Shown in pieces: positions 25,851 through 38,960 of a stretch of DNA of 64,000 bases (position 1 is its first letter; every line of letters starts with the position of its first letter). Under the pieces are notes generated by a model that saw only the letters and a program-made list of their open reading frames with translations, ran no database searches and was not told the origin of the DNA. Source of the DNA: Octopus sinensis (Eukaryota); NCBI RefSeq assembly GCF_006345805.1, contig NC_043019.1, positions 19,963,360-20,027,359 on the forward strand, read 5' to 3'. The translations under genes were made by a program, and so were the position numbers.

Positions 25851-26544
25851 TATTCGTATAGAGCAAGTTGTTTTTACACCCATTACACTATTTTTGTTTT
25901 GTTTTTGTGCCCGGGTCAAACGCTTTAGTTTAACCATTTTTTTTTACAATGATTATCTCCCCTGCAGTGTTTTTAAAGTTTAGCTGTAAAGGGGGACAAC
26001 TCTACTTCTCAATGGAAATTCGTTTTCAATGTAAAGTTTTGGTATTTTGGTTGCCTAGGAAACTAAAATTAAAGCTGGTGTTTGTGTGTGTGTGCGCGCG
26101 CGCTGCATATGCTAAAAACATTTGAAAATTAATTTCGTATCCTGAGTTTCCCGCTCTGTGAATTTCGCTTCCGAAATATAAACTCCAAAATGTTTTCAGT
26201 GACATTGATTTGTAAGAAAAAAGAAAAGAAAACAAAATAACAAAACGTATATATGGTGGGTTGGCACACGGTTCCATACTCCTAATTCTACTGGGGCCGC
26301 ACAACGGGATCGAAACTCGAATCACGTATTTGTAAAGAGATATTTATAGCCACATGTGCCACATGTGCCGCTATGTCTCTAATAACGGCTCAATTAGTAA
26401 TTTCTTGTGTTGATCGCACTGTTGGAATATTCAGCGCCGATACAAATCGATTTCACGGCAATGTTTTTTGATTAGCATTGTGGAATTTGGGGGTGAAACT
26501 TAAGAGCAAACAATTACAAGATTCTTTCGGTTCTGGACCACAAA

Positions 26545-26563
26545 ATGAAACTGGAAGATTATG
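26545..26563 (+). other. Candidate first coding exon (ATG AAA CTG GAA GAT TAT G|GTAAGT)
   Basis: ATG in caaaATG context followed by a perfect G|GTAAGT donor at 26564; no homology. Confidence 0.3.
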
Positions 26564-27082
26564 GTAAGTATTCAGTGCTAAAATATTGGAATTATGACAA
26601 AAATACTATATTTTCAGGACTGCAATATCCGTATTTTTAAACTTAAAAAAAAAAAAACGAAAAAAAAAAACACAAAAAGGAAACCCCAGCTAAAAACAAA
26701 ATATTTGAAGGACGGAAGAGATTTAACAATTTCAAAAGTTGTTCTATTTTTTTTTTAAATACCAAAATATTTAAAACAGGAATCCAAAGACATTTTTGGA
26801 AAAAAAAAAATTACAAAAAAGTGTCGTGCTTATTCGACAACATTGCCGGAGGGTGTCGATATTTCTTCTCCTTCCCTTTATTAATTCTAAAACGAAAGAA
26901 CTTTGTCTTGTACGTTCTTTCGGACCATTTGGCTACAATTCAAAGGGAAACAATTTGGGAAAACTATTGACATATTATCTAGTTATCTCCCTTGAATTTA
27001 CGATATTTGCAAATTGTTCCATTCCTGGTTGAAAGATTCATAGCATTTCCAAGTTAGGTTACTAAGTGATTCATTGATTCAG

Positions 27083-27196
27083 GTAGAAGCGTTTATTCAT
27101 CGGAAGAGCTGACCGGTAAATCTTGCAAGTCGATCGACCACGCTGCTGGTATCTTTGTTGCGTCGAACTTATCAAAGTCGTTGTTCATTTGGGAGG
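27083..27196 (+). other. Candidate 114-bp phase-1/phase-1 exon
   Basis: AG at 27081-82; open frame (G)RSVYSSEELTGKSCKSIDHAAGIFVASNLSKSLFIWE(G); donor G|GTAAAT. Polypyrimidine tract is weak. Confidence 0.25.
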
Positions 27197-27238
27197 GTAA
27201 ATTCTGTGTTTAAACGCACAGATCTGTCTCCATGTACG

Positions 27239-27275
<37 letters not shown>

Positions 27276-27374
27276 TATACATGTATATTACATACACATA
27301 TATACATACACACACATACATTTGCATGCATGCCTGTGTACATATGTACTTACGTGCATACATACAAACAAATA

Positions 27375-27477
27375 TACCCTGTTGTTGGTGTTGAAATTCC
27401 AATGAAGGAACCTTGGATCTAGGTTAGAAACCGGTTCTCTCTCTATTGGCAAGAAATCTTGAAATAAACTGAATAAT

Positions 27478-27480
<3 letters not shown>
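27375..27480 (-). repeat. Dispersed monomer related to the 124-bp satellite
   Basis: Reverse complement matches atttcaagatttcttgccaatagaga...ccggtttctaacctagatccaagg..cattggaatttcaac. Confidence 0.85.
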
Positions 27481-27518
<38 letters not shown>

Positions 27519-27519
27519 T

Positions 27520-29352
27520 CAGACATGTTCAAAAGGACTATGGAAAGTCAGACTGCTACAACAAGGGGAAATGTTGTTGCCAAAACTGAAATCCCCAAGA
27601 TGGCAAGAAACTGCAGGCCCATTGCTTGGCTAAACATTATGTACAAACTGTACTCAAGTTGCCTCAACGAATTCCTCCAGAACCATTGTGAGTCAAGCAA
27701 CACTGGGCTCTGATGAAGAGGCTGGTGGAAAGAAGGGAGTGTGGGGATGACCTGAACAATTTTTAATAAACAAAGCTGTGCTGTCTGAAGTAAGATAACA
27801 ACGTAGAAGACACGTGGCCGAATGGCATTCAACTCTATCCCTCATTCATGGCTATTGAAGTGCCTACATCTGGCAAAGGTATCCTACTATCTTAATTGCT
27901 GCTATAGAGAAAGACTCACAAAAACATGGACAACAATTCTTACAACTGAGAACAGAATATTTGCTTCTGATAGTATAGGAATTTCAAAAGGAATATTCCA
28001 GGGAGATAGTCTTTCTGTATTTCTTTCCATTTTGGCACTGAATCCAACAAATGGTTACATGCTAGGATATTCAACTGCCAGAAATATCAATGTAACTCAT
28101 AATTTCTTCGTAGATGACCTCAAGATTTATGCTAAAAGTGTTAACAATGCCAAAAAAAAAAAAAAAAACATCTGGAATTAATAACAACATTTTCAGCTGA
28201 TATAGGCATGGAATTTGGCCAAAAGAATTGTTTATATTTGGTTATAGAACGAAGAAAGTCAGTCCCCCAAACCCAAAATCTGTGCATCAATGGTCTCTCT
28301 ATCTCCCCCATTCCACACAAAGAATGTTACAAGTACCTAGGCATAGACGAAAATGTATCGTATGAAGTCACTGTGAATAAGGATAGAGTGACCCGAAGAT
28401 ATTACACCAGACTTAGGAAAGTATGGCAGTTGGAACTCTCCTCTTACAACAAAACAATACCCCACAATGCATTTGCATTACCGGTGCTGATCCCAACATT
28501 TGGGAGACTTGATTGGTCTGTAGAGGAAATCCACTCCATAGATATCAAAACCCGCAAAATGCTGACAACAACTGGGAACTTTCACAGAAACAGTGATGTT
28601 GACAGGCTCTGCCGAAGAAGAAATGAAGGTGGTAGAGTGTAGACGGCCTTCGAATACCGTATCACTCAGGCAGCACTTGCTGAACAACAGCAGCAAAAAT
28701 AAATACATAAATGCAGTCCTGAAAAGTGAAGTGAGCAACATTGTACCTGATGATCTCCTATACAGCCCCAAAACAGCTGGGCTCTTTCTTACCTCAGAGA
28801 AGACCTGGATGGAAAGCACACATCATACAGAATAAAGACTATGCATGGGTATGTTGCCCGGAAGCTTGAAGATAGTAGAATTGACATGAAGCACAGCCTC
28901 TTTTGGACACAAGACCACTATATAACATCACACTTTGTAGGCTATGCGTTTGCAATCCATGAACAGGAGATGGCCACAAAGTACCTGGTGAACAAGAGAG
29001 GCAGTGATGCTTTTGTAATCCCAAGGTGCAACCCCATGTGTAGGCTATGTCATGCTTCTGTGGAAGTCATTATGCATGTGATTAGCAACTGTCCTAAAAT
29101 GTTGTCACGGTACAACCTCCCAATGCGGAACGATGTTGTTGCTTAAACAATTTACAATGCCCTCCGCAAAAAAGACTCTCCTGAAATAAACTTAGAAAAT
29201 CCCTCTGTTATGGAATACATTCATAAACACCAACTCAAGGAATACTGGTGGAATATTCCCATCAAAACTTCTGATAAATATAAACATAACAGGCCGGGTA
29301 TTGTTGTTTCGGATAGAGGGGCAAAAATATGTACCATCATAGAGGTCAGCTG
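27520..29352 (+). mobile_element. Degenerate non-LTR retrotransposon with restriction-like endonuclease (R4/Dong/NeSL-like)
   Basis: Motifs RPIAWLNIMYKL, AFNSIPHSWL, GIFQGDSLS, FFVDDLKIY, MEFGQKNC and YKYLG; zinc knuckle CRLC...HVISNC; NRPGIVV...IIEVS. Many stops and frameshifts. Confidence 0.85.
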
Positions 29353-29354
29353 GG

Positions 29355-29580
29355 ACAAGAATGCAAAACATCTGGAGAGTTAGATGATACAAAAATGAGA
29401 CAACAAAACATCCCTGATATACTCAAGTATACTCAGCCGAAATTGCGAAGATAATGTGGTACTTGACTGAGGAAAGAAAACTCTGAATGACCTGTCCTTG
29501 TTTCCTTTGTATCGTCTATCTGGATGTTTTGGTGTTTCATTTTTGTATTACCTAACTGTCCAGATGTTTTGCGTTCTTGT
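29355..29580. repeat. Short element with ~58-bp inverted arms (possible PLE terminal relic)
   Basis: 29355-29413 is the imperfect reverse complement of 29522-29580. Confidence 0.7.
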
Positions 29581-29583
29581 ATA

Positions 29584-29638
<55 letters not shown>

Positions 29639-29674
29639 ATATTATATATATATATATATGCGTGTGTGTGTGTG

Positions 29675-29720
<46 letters not shown>

Positions 29721-30277
29721 TGTATGAGTTAGAGGTTAAACAATCATCTAAGGGATAATAGATATGCAATATACTACTGGGGGTATACCTATGTATTTAT
29801 TGTTGCAAGGCAATAGCACAACTGGATAATAGCTATGAGGGGGGGGGTAAAGGAAATATTTACCCAGGATTTATAAAGCAAATAAGAAACTAGAGAAGAT
29901 AATTAACCAATAAACATTCATTTGGATTTATTTCTGAATTAATTACAATCAAATGTATAAGTCAATAAAAATAAACAAGTCAATAAAAAATACATACACG
30001 AATGAGTGAAGAATGCTACTCTCTTGCAGCTGTTGCTACTCTGAGGGGTCGATGGGTCTCTCTTGTTTGACTCATATATATATATATATATATATATGAA
30101 TACACACACACAAATATACACTTATATACATATATACTTACACACACACACATTCATGTGCATGCTTGTTTCTATAGCAAGGGAGAAGAAATTCAGCAGC
30201 AACAAAGGAGAAAAAACCCCAGAAAAATTATATATATGTATATATATATATATATAGACATACATATATATATATTT

Positions 30278-30311
<34 letters not shown>

Positions 30312-30319
30312 CACACACA

Positions 30320-30369
<50 letters not shown>

Positions 30370-30403
30370 AATACACACACACACACACACACACATATAT
30401 ATT

Positions 30404-30789
30404 TGGATTTTTTCGGTTTGAACGGCAGTTTTTCTAGCGGTGTCATATGAAATTGTCACCCATAATTATGACCCTAGTATCGATCTATTGCATTTCAATC
30501 TGTTTTAAGTTTAGGGTTAGGAGTAAATAAACCCAATCTGTTTCTTAAACGAGGGGCATATTCATACGACACAGAATGTTTTTTTTACCTCAATGGACGT
30601 CATTGATTGGTTGAAATTGCAGAAATTAAAGAAAAAAACAACAAATATCTTACAACCTATAGAATTTTCTCAATAAAGTCAAGAGAAAAAGATGTTTTAT
30701 AAACACATTCTACCAGTATAGGAAGTTTAAAAGTGTTTAGTTACGTGGAAATTATTTGAAAAAACTGCCGTTCAAACCGAAAAGATCCA
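30404..30789. mobile_element. MITE with ~30-bp terminal inverted repeats
   Basis: tggattttttcggtttgaacggcagttttt ... aaaaaactgccgttcaaaccgaaaagatcca, set in TA-rich flanks. Confidence 0.85.
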
Positions 30790-30954
30790 TATATTTATAC
30801 ATACACATATATATATATACACATATATATATACACACATACATATATATTTATATATATATACTTGTGTGTGAGTGTATGCATATAAGAATATATATGT
30901 ATATAAGAATATATATGTATATAAGAATATATATATTAAAAATTAATAAATAAA

Positions 30955-31135
30955 TAAAGTAAATAAATAAAACATATGCATATATACATGCATATATGTA
31001 CGTACCTACCTCTACATGTATATATACACGCATATATGGGTACAGGACAACAAAAAAACGTTGAACACAATGAGAAACGAAAACATAAACACAAAACTAA
31101 GGGAATGGACATTTTTCTTAAACAATGAAAAAATA
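30955..31135 (+). repeat. Dispersed repeat family (other copies ~47880-48170 inverted and ~63365-63615)
   Basis: Shared tatgtacgtacctac...gggtacagga...gaacacaatgagaaacgaaaacataaacac. Confidence 0.8.
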
Positions 31136-31324
31136 TATATGTATGTATGAGTTGTCTCCCTTGCATAATATCTTGCTTTTTGGAATCTTCATATGGTCAC
31201 ACTGTCTGCTAGACATAACAGCCAACATCAAAAAAGCACAAAACTCACCTAAATCATGGCACACAATCATAAAAAAAGAAATCAGAGAAAGAAAAATGGG
31301 TGGGCAAATGAGGAGCGGCGAGAA

Positions 31325-32269
31325 GATCTGGCGACACGCGAGTTGTGTACCAGAGCGTTGTCCTGCAGGAGGAGGATGCCTTTGCTGATCTTGCCCCGCC
31401 TCTTGATTTTGATAGCTTCTCTTAATTTCCTCAAAAGTGAAGCATAATAAGCTCCTGTAATTGTGGCACCATTTGCCAGGAAATCTGTCATCACTACTCC
31501 GTCCTGGTCCCAGAAGACTGTGAGCATGACCTTGCCAGCGGAGGGCTGCACCCTTGCCTTTGGAGGAGGGGAGTCACGGTGCTTCCATTGCATTGACTGG
31601 GCTTTGGTCTATGGATCATAGTGATAGACCCAGGTTTCATCCTGTGTAATCAGTCTTTTGAAAAATTTTGACTCATCTTCTTGGCACATCTCCAAATTCA
31701 TCCTCGAGCAATCGACGCGTTCTTGCTTCTGGAAAGATGTGAGCAACCTGGGAATCCATCTGGCAGACACCTTTTGCATATGCAAATGGTCATGAATGAT
31801 AGTTTCCACAGACCCGGTACTAATCTTGACCTCATGGGCTATTTCGCGAATAGTTATGCGTCGATCTTCCAAAATGGCAGCCTCAACTTGACGGACAGAT
31901 GCCTCATCAATGGCAGAAGGGGGCGACCAGATCTGGGAGCGAGCTGTTTCCACAGAGTTCCAACCATGTTTGAATTCACGATGCCAGCGTTTTACAAGGT
32001 CATATGATGGGGCATTATCACAATAAGTTACTTTCATTTCATCAAAAGTCTCCCGTGGTGTGCGTCCTTTCAAATACAAAAACCGAATCACTGCTCGACA
32101 CTCAACAGGCTCCATTTCACACTTGACTCAGTTCAAATACCTGCAAATCAGAAACCACAATTAGTTTAGAGCTGTAATTTGCCACTTAATCTATAGAGAT
32201 ATAAGTAATTGCACATGCAAAATTTCAACTTCAAGTGGATCAGGGGCATTACTTATTGAACGCCCCTCG
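31325..32269 (-). mobile_element. Mariner-type transposon, 3'-truncated, with one nonsense codon
   Basis: ECRAVIRFLYLKG, VSARWIPRLL, ITQDETWVYHYDP*, PSAGKVMLTVFWD, LLQDNA. TIR cgaggggcgttcaataagtaatgcccctg with TA at 32270-71. Confidence 0.93.
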
Positions 32270-32394
32270 TATATCAGCCGAAACGTTGTGTTAGCAACAA
32301 ACAAGATGAGGACAAATATCCGTCAAATATAAATACAGTAAATAATGTTGTCACCAACTCGTTGGACATAATTTCAGGCAAACTATGTCTGTGT

Positions 32395-32632
32395 GTCTCT
32401 CTGGAGAACGACAAGGACTAAGCGCAAGTAATGGTTTATATAGGTTTCAAATTTTGACACAAGGGCTGCGATTGCAGGAGAGCAATAAGTCAATAACACC
32501 GACTCTAGTGCTCATTTGGTACTATTTTGTCGATCCCGAAAGGGTAAAAAGCAAAGGCGACCTCAGTAGAATTTGAACTCAGAACGTAAAGACGGACGAA
32601 TTACCGCTAAGCATTTTGTCCGGCGCACTAAA
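32395..32632 (-). mobile_element. tRNA-derived SINE, family B (degenerate)
   Basis: Reverse-complement similarity to the 62349 copy (gttctgagttcaaattc..gaggtcgcctttgc). Confidence 0.75.
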
Positions 32633-32888
32633 ACAATGGCTATTTAGAAAGAAATGTGTGTTATTTAGTGGAATTGGACGAAATAATAGGAAGGAGAGAG
32701 AGAAAATATTCGAGCCAAATTCCATATGTCGGATCTGCCAACAACGTTGTCCTGGTCCTTCTATAGTATCAGGAGTCATTGGTGTTTGATGCCCGGGAAA
32801 ATCAGAGCATAATCAAGAAAGTTTCTTTATTAAATTTGAAAAGAAACAAAAAAATCTTTTTCTGCTACCAAATGGTACTTGACTTGAG

Positions 32889-33008
<120 letters not shown>

Positions 33009-33059
33009 TTAAGGTCTGTTGAACAATATCTATTTCTCAAACTGCGCACATTTTCCCTT

Positions 33060-34680
33060 CCCAGACCCAAATAATCAGATCATCGTTTCTGCTCGGTTAT
33101 GTTTAGTGGCCGTCTTCACACCCTGGGTATCTTTAGATTTCTTTTATGATCGACCGATCTCCATCACAGAGAATAGTTTCGTTTCTTCCTCCCGGATCTT
33201 TGTCTGATCTGACATTTTAAATACGTTTCCACGCAAACATTCCACCAATATTGTTTCCTGATATGGCTAACTGTGCACCACGCCCCCATATTACTCTATC
33301 GTCTTTATCTTCAGGAATATCTTTTTAACTAACTTCATAACAGTCCGGACACGACATATTCTTGCGAAACTATCTCTCTGTATTTCTGCAGACAGCCGTG
33401 TCTTTTGAGTAGGGGCCACAAACCTTCCCTTTCCAAACGGTCGGAAAGTAACACCCACCGTTTAATAACTTTTCCCTGAAATTGTGACAAGGTGGAAATC
33501 CTGTCATTGGTGCGTCCAGTGACCGTTGGACATCGGCAAGGCATACCAACGATAACATTTCCAGGGTGCCAAGGATACCCAAGAAATCGTTGGAACTCTT
33601 AAATCATCATTGGTGGTTCTAGGCAAATGGAATCCACACTGACCTTCATGAAGAATCTGTGCGGATATTTTTGCTGGAATATTCCAGAGACCGAGGGAAG
33701 GAAAACGCTGATGATTTCCACAGTTTGGTCATCCTTTCACTCGTAAATGATGACTGTCTGTGAAACCTCAAACCATTTCAAGAAGTTACTGCATTGTCAA
33801 AATTCTATGACTGGGACAAGTCTATAGCTCAATCTGTCGCCATACTTATGGCAACCATTGGAATATTTTTAACACCAGGAGCTTTCTTCGGTTTTTATCT
33901 CCTTCATATTCGGCGGCAAATCCAAGCCAGTATCTTCTGGAAATTGTGAGATACATTTTAAAACCTTGCAAGTAATTGTTGAGGACCGGTTTAGTAATCC
34001 ATCAAAACTGTTCCTGAAAGTGTTTCATAATATCGCTTTCCTCGGGGTGAGGTTTCTTTCGGTGGACCTCTCTCCAGCCATTCCAGAAAGTCTTCAAATC
34101 GTGAGACTCAGCAAAAGCCTGAATGTCTTCCACCTTCTTGTCTCTCCGTAGATCTCCCAACAACTGAAGTTCTTCACACAGCAAGGTATTTGCTTCCAGG
34201 AGTCGACTGTAGTTTGTCGTGTCTTGAAAGGTTTTCTTTAAACATTTTCTCAGGCAAAATGGATTGTGTCTTTTCAGGAAAAAGAAATCCTCATGCTTGC
34301 TTTTACGAAAGACAGTAGCTTCTTTGTGGGATTATTTCATGCAATTACTTTCAACAGGCATCAACTAGATGGCAGCACTGTCGGGCAACATTTTTAATTC
34401 GTTGCTCGTATCCATTCTAAAGTGTGTGTTGCATTCCAGGATCTTTCAGTTTGCTGACGTCTCATCTTTTGGGTGCAATTTTGCCAACTTTCTGACACTT
34501 CCGTTTCCCTGACAAATTGCATGTTGTACGTTTATCAAGGAAACTGTCATCGCCCCCCCCCCAAAGCACGAATACACCATGTGTCTGCAATGTTTGTCTC
34601 TATAGGTAAAGAACATCTTCAAACAGATGCCATCTTTTCAGGAACTGAAATAAATCAATTGTATATATATCTTTAAGTAT
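33060..34680 (-). mobile_element. Highly degenerate RTE-clade LINE (EN end, linker, RT start)
   Basis: Fragments DVSKLKD, EDIQAFAESHDLKTF, KHFQEQF and REGLWPLLKRHGC; many disruptions. Confidence 0.65.
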
Positions 34681-34709
34681 ATATGTAAGTGTATGTGTTT
34701 TAGTATTTG

Positions 34710-34900
34710 CAACATGAATGACAATGGTCAGAGACTACTTGAATTTTGCACATACCATAACCTGTGCATCACTAACACATTCTTCGCCAACAAGACATCC
34801 CATATGGCATCTTGGAGACATCCAAGATCTCACCACTGGCATCAGCTGGATCTCATCATTACACAAAGATAAATTGATAGATACAACTGAGTGGGCAAAC
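34710..34900 (+). mobile_element. RTE apurinic-endonuclease fragment
   Basis: NDNGQRLLEFCTYHNLCITNTFFANKTSHMASWRHPRSHHWHQLDLIITQR. Confidence 0.85.
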
Positions 34901-34952
34901 AAAAATATGAGACACTGCATAGTGCTTTTTTTATATTTTGATAAGCCTGGTA

Positions 34953-35212
34953 CTTATTCTATCAGTTTCTTCTTGTGAAACCAGTTATGGGGATGTAAAT
35001 AAACGAACACCAGTTGTGAAGCAGTGATGAGGGAAAAACACAAAGACACACACATAGACTTACATATATACATACATATACATACACTTGATTTCTTTCA
35101 GTTTCTGTCTACAAAATCCACTGACAAGGCTTTGGTTGATCTGAGGCAGAAGACACATGCCGAGGACCATGTGTTTTGGAATCAAGTTTGTTACCACACA
35201 GCCACACCTGCA
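34953..35212 (-). mobile_element. SINE family A (degenerate)
   Basis: Reverse-complement similarity to the 38961 copy. Confidence 0.75.
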
Positions 35213-35427
35213 CCTATGTATGTGTGTGTGTGTGTGTATGTGTGTATGGGTGCATATATGTATGCATGTATATATGTGTACATATTACATGTACATCTAA
35301 TATATATATATACATTTAGACATACATGTTTACACATACATGTATATCTATAGAAATACATCTATACACATACATGTATACATATACAGCTATATATATA
35401 CATGTATATATATCTATATATATATAT

Positions 35428-35473
<46 letters not shown>

Positions 35474-35503
35474 TATATATATATACATCCATATATATAC
35501 ATA

Positions 35504-35571
<68 letters not shown>

Positions 35572-35632
35572 CTATATATATATATATATATAGATATATA
35601 TATATATATATATCTATATATATATATATATA

Positions 35633-36988
35633 TACCGGAGTAAACACATAAATGTGAAACAAGGTGGAAAAAAGAGTACTCAAATACCAGTGGTAGAGTA
35701 ATATGCTTTATTTTAAGCAGCAGAAAATTCAACAAAATCTGTTACTCTGAGTTTCTCGTTGCCGTTCATCAGACAGTTTTTGCTAGAATGGAACATATAT
35801 ATTAATTCAATCTATACTCTTACAAACGCTACACCTTTAAAAAGAAATGGACTTGTTTGATTGGCCCTTTAGAAAAAACGGTCAATCTTCGAGCGATAAA
35901 CAAAAAGGTCAAAAATATATGTATATATATATAAAAACTTATAAAAATTATAAAAATTATAAAATCCGAGGAAAAAACCGAGGAAAAAACCTATTGCCGT
36001 TAATGAAGACAGTGCAAATTAATGCATAGAAATTAAACCTGTTATAAATACTGCAATACATATTTATATTAAAATCCACATATATATATCAACATACACA
36101 AAAGGATGCGCGTAAACGCCATACATACATATACAGACGTATGAATATGAATCTAAATTATACACATAAAAGCATGTGTACATATATTCACGCAAACCGT
36201 CTCGCACGCAAGCTAAAATTCATCTATGTAGCAATTCTCATATACTGAGCAAGGAGGGGGAACGAAAGAAAGGGAAAGAGAGAAAAAGGAACGAAAGAGG
36301 GGTGGGGGGGGGAACTTGTAGCGATGTTATTGGCATCTATAGAGGCCAGTATACATACACAAGTTTGAATTGATACATATACATACCGTCGTGTGTATGC
36401 GTGCTTAAGCACAAGCATACTTTCACTTACACATACACAGATACGCATGCTTACAAATACATATGCTTTGCTATACACAAACTTATATAAACATTCTAAA
36501 TTTGACAACATTGCTTTTTTTAAAAAAACATTGCTTTTAAAAAATGGGTGCATTAATAAAAATATATACGAAAGACATATAAAATAAAATATAACATCCT
36601 ATTTTGGGTCATTTATAAATAATCAAGGTAATATAAATAATCAAGGTAATCCTATGCAATACAATAACATGAAAACAAAGTTTGTAGGTTTTTCCTAATA
36701 TATATGTAGAAACAATAAGACTTTGCTATAGATCCGTCGTAGCGCTTAAGAGTCAAAATCAAAATCAAAAATCAAAATACAAAATATATACTCTATCCAT
36801 ATGGTATATTTATATTCGACATTTTAAATTTAGCCGCGTGCCTACATAAGTTCATTAACTCACTTCTTTGATTCAAAGAATTATTGTCTTTGAATAATAT
36901 GTGCATTTTTTCTAATAAGCAAAGCTTGCACTTGAAATTATATTTGTAAATGGAGCTTACAAATTTTCTGCTGCTTAAAATAAAGTAT
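35633..36988 (-). mobile_element. 5'-truncated PLE: GIY-YIG C-terminus, 3' UTR, hammerhead and inverted terminal copy
   Basis: 36960-36793 encodes VSSIYKYNFKCKLCLLEKMHILFKDNNSLNQRSELMNLCRHAAKFKMSNINIPYG*. Hammerhead at 35776-35739. 35703-35729 is inverted at 36962-36988. Confidence 0.82.
35739..35776 (-). ncRNA. Minimal type I hammerhead ribozyme
   Basis: ctgt-CTGATGA-a-cg-gcaa-cg-a-GAAAC-tcaga-GTA-acag: core intact, 4-bp stem I, short stem II, GUA site. Confidence 0.7.
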
Positions 36989-37324
36989 ATATATATATAT
37001 ACATTGAATCATATGCATACACACACACACACATATATATATATGCTTATCCGCATACATACACACACACATTGAATCATGTGCATACACACACATACAC
37101 ATACACTAACACGCACACACGTAGACGCACAACAAAGACAGCGCCATCTACATACAGCCTGAAAACTTAAAGGATTGTTCAAAGGAATGTGTTTTCCGCT
37201 TTCTATTCTTCTTTACTTCCGCCTTTTTATCACTCGTCGAATGGCCTTTCTCTCTCTTGCTGGCAACAATGGTGTGTGTGTGTGTGTGTGTATGCATGTC
37301 TGTGTGTGTGTGTGCGCGTGTGTA

Positions 37325-37374
<50 letters not shown>

Positions 37375-37573
37375 ATATGTATGTATGCGTGTGTTTGTAT
37401 GCGTGGAACTGAAAAACACATCGTTCAAATTTAATATAAGTAACAGCTTTTCCCTCCATCATTTTACCGAACGCATCGAGTTCTCTGTTAGATAATCTAT
37501 GCACAGTTTAAAGCATACTTTTGTATGTCATATATATATATATATAGATAAATAGATAGATAGATTGTTAAAG

Positions 37574-37686
<113 letters not shown>

Positions 37687-37711
37687 TCTAGTTTGCTTCT
37701 CTTCTTGTTAG

Positions 37712-37736
37712 GTGTGCTCTTTGCGTACATGAACAC
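37712..37736 (+). other. Candidate 25-bp microexon
   Basis: ttctcttcttgttAG|gtgtgctctttgcgtacatgaacac|GTAAGT; phase-1 reading (G)VLFAYMN. Confidence 0.3.
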
Positions 37737-38205
37737 GTAAGTGGCGTTTGAGTCCCGAGAGCTGTTTGAAATTTGCCTTATGAACGGTGGAAATATGTCC
37801 CACTTTAAGTGGTGCAATGTTGTTTGTCCAGCTTGATTTGTGGATAGTTAACGGCCCCTTTAGACTAGCGCCGGTTATACATGTCTTACTACAAATGTGG
37901 CATGTGAGCGTGTCTACTGGAATGATCTTTGTGTCATTTGGGACAACTGTATAAAGATGGGTTCTGAAACGCGATGTTAAACCAGCAGCCTTATGCTTGA
38001 GAATACACAGGGTCTAATGTCAATTAATGTCAATTAATGTCAATTAATAAACGACTCAAAAAGAGAAGTTACGTAGTTACTTGAATTGGTTTACAGTTGT
38101 TTCTGCTTTAGAAGCGGTGCACTCAGAGCTTGGTAGTCAAGCGACACCTTATAGCTTCTTCAGTAACTCCCTAACCATTAGGCCACTCGCCCTCACACTC
38201 ACACA

Positions 38206-38241
<36 letters not shown>

Positions 38242-38242
38242 C

Positions 38243-38400
38243 GAAGGGCTTCTTTCAGTTTTCGTCCACCAAATCCACTCACAAAGCTTTTGTCGGGCCG
38301 ATGCTATAGTAAAAGACACTTGCTCAAGGTGCCATGCAGTGGGACTGAACCTGGAACCGTGTGGCTGGGAAGCAAGCTTCTTACCACACAGCCACGCCGA
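38243..38400 (-). mobile_element. SINE family A, 5' portion
   Basis: gggcttctttcagttttcgtccaccaaatccactcacaaag...ccacacagcca. Confidence 0.8.
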
Positions 38401-38960
38401 TGACCATAAAATGAAAGTGAAACTTTATCGTAAGGAATTGGCATTAAAAGAATTTTGGAAATTTAAAATTTTTTTTCAGAATTGCAATCATCGCCCGCTG
38501 AAACAAAGAATTTTAAAAAATCGGAAAATTCTTAAAAGCAAAATCTGGGAAGAAGAGAGGAACAAAAAACTAGGAGCAGTAGTTTTTGTTTTATTTATTT
38601 ATTGCGAAATCGAAATCTCCGTTGTTGAAAACATATTAATTCGATGGAAGGGAAAAAAACAAACAAACAAAAGAAACGGTGTCGGTGTGTGTATTCAGCA
38701 TGTTTGCCTGGTCTTTACCGAAGAGTGTCAATCTTTTCACTTTCATTTTCTGATCCTAAAACGAAAGATTACTTAAATTCCTTCTTTCGTTCCATCACTG
38801 ACTCTGATCTCTTTGATCGAAATATAGAAAAAGTTCGATTCGTTTGATCTTTTAAATCACATTGATGCGGCTTCTGCTTTGCGTAAATACATAACATACA
38901 TACATATATACATACATATATATATATACATACATACATATATACATATATACATACATA

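Noticed and set aside
26260-26400. tRNA gene or CpG-island promoter
   Set aside because: The minus strand has a B-box-like gtttcgatccc but no full cloverleaf; it fits a decayed SINE head better, which also weakens promoter support for the 26545 exon.
32272-32290. Hammerhead at cagccGAAACgttg
   Set aside because: Only the 3' half is present next to the mariner TIR; no CTGANGA partner is visible.
38081-38776. 231-aa ORF
   Set aside because: A chimera of a GCAC microsatellite, an antisense SINE and A-rich sequence; TTG start and no domain.
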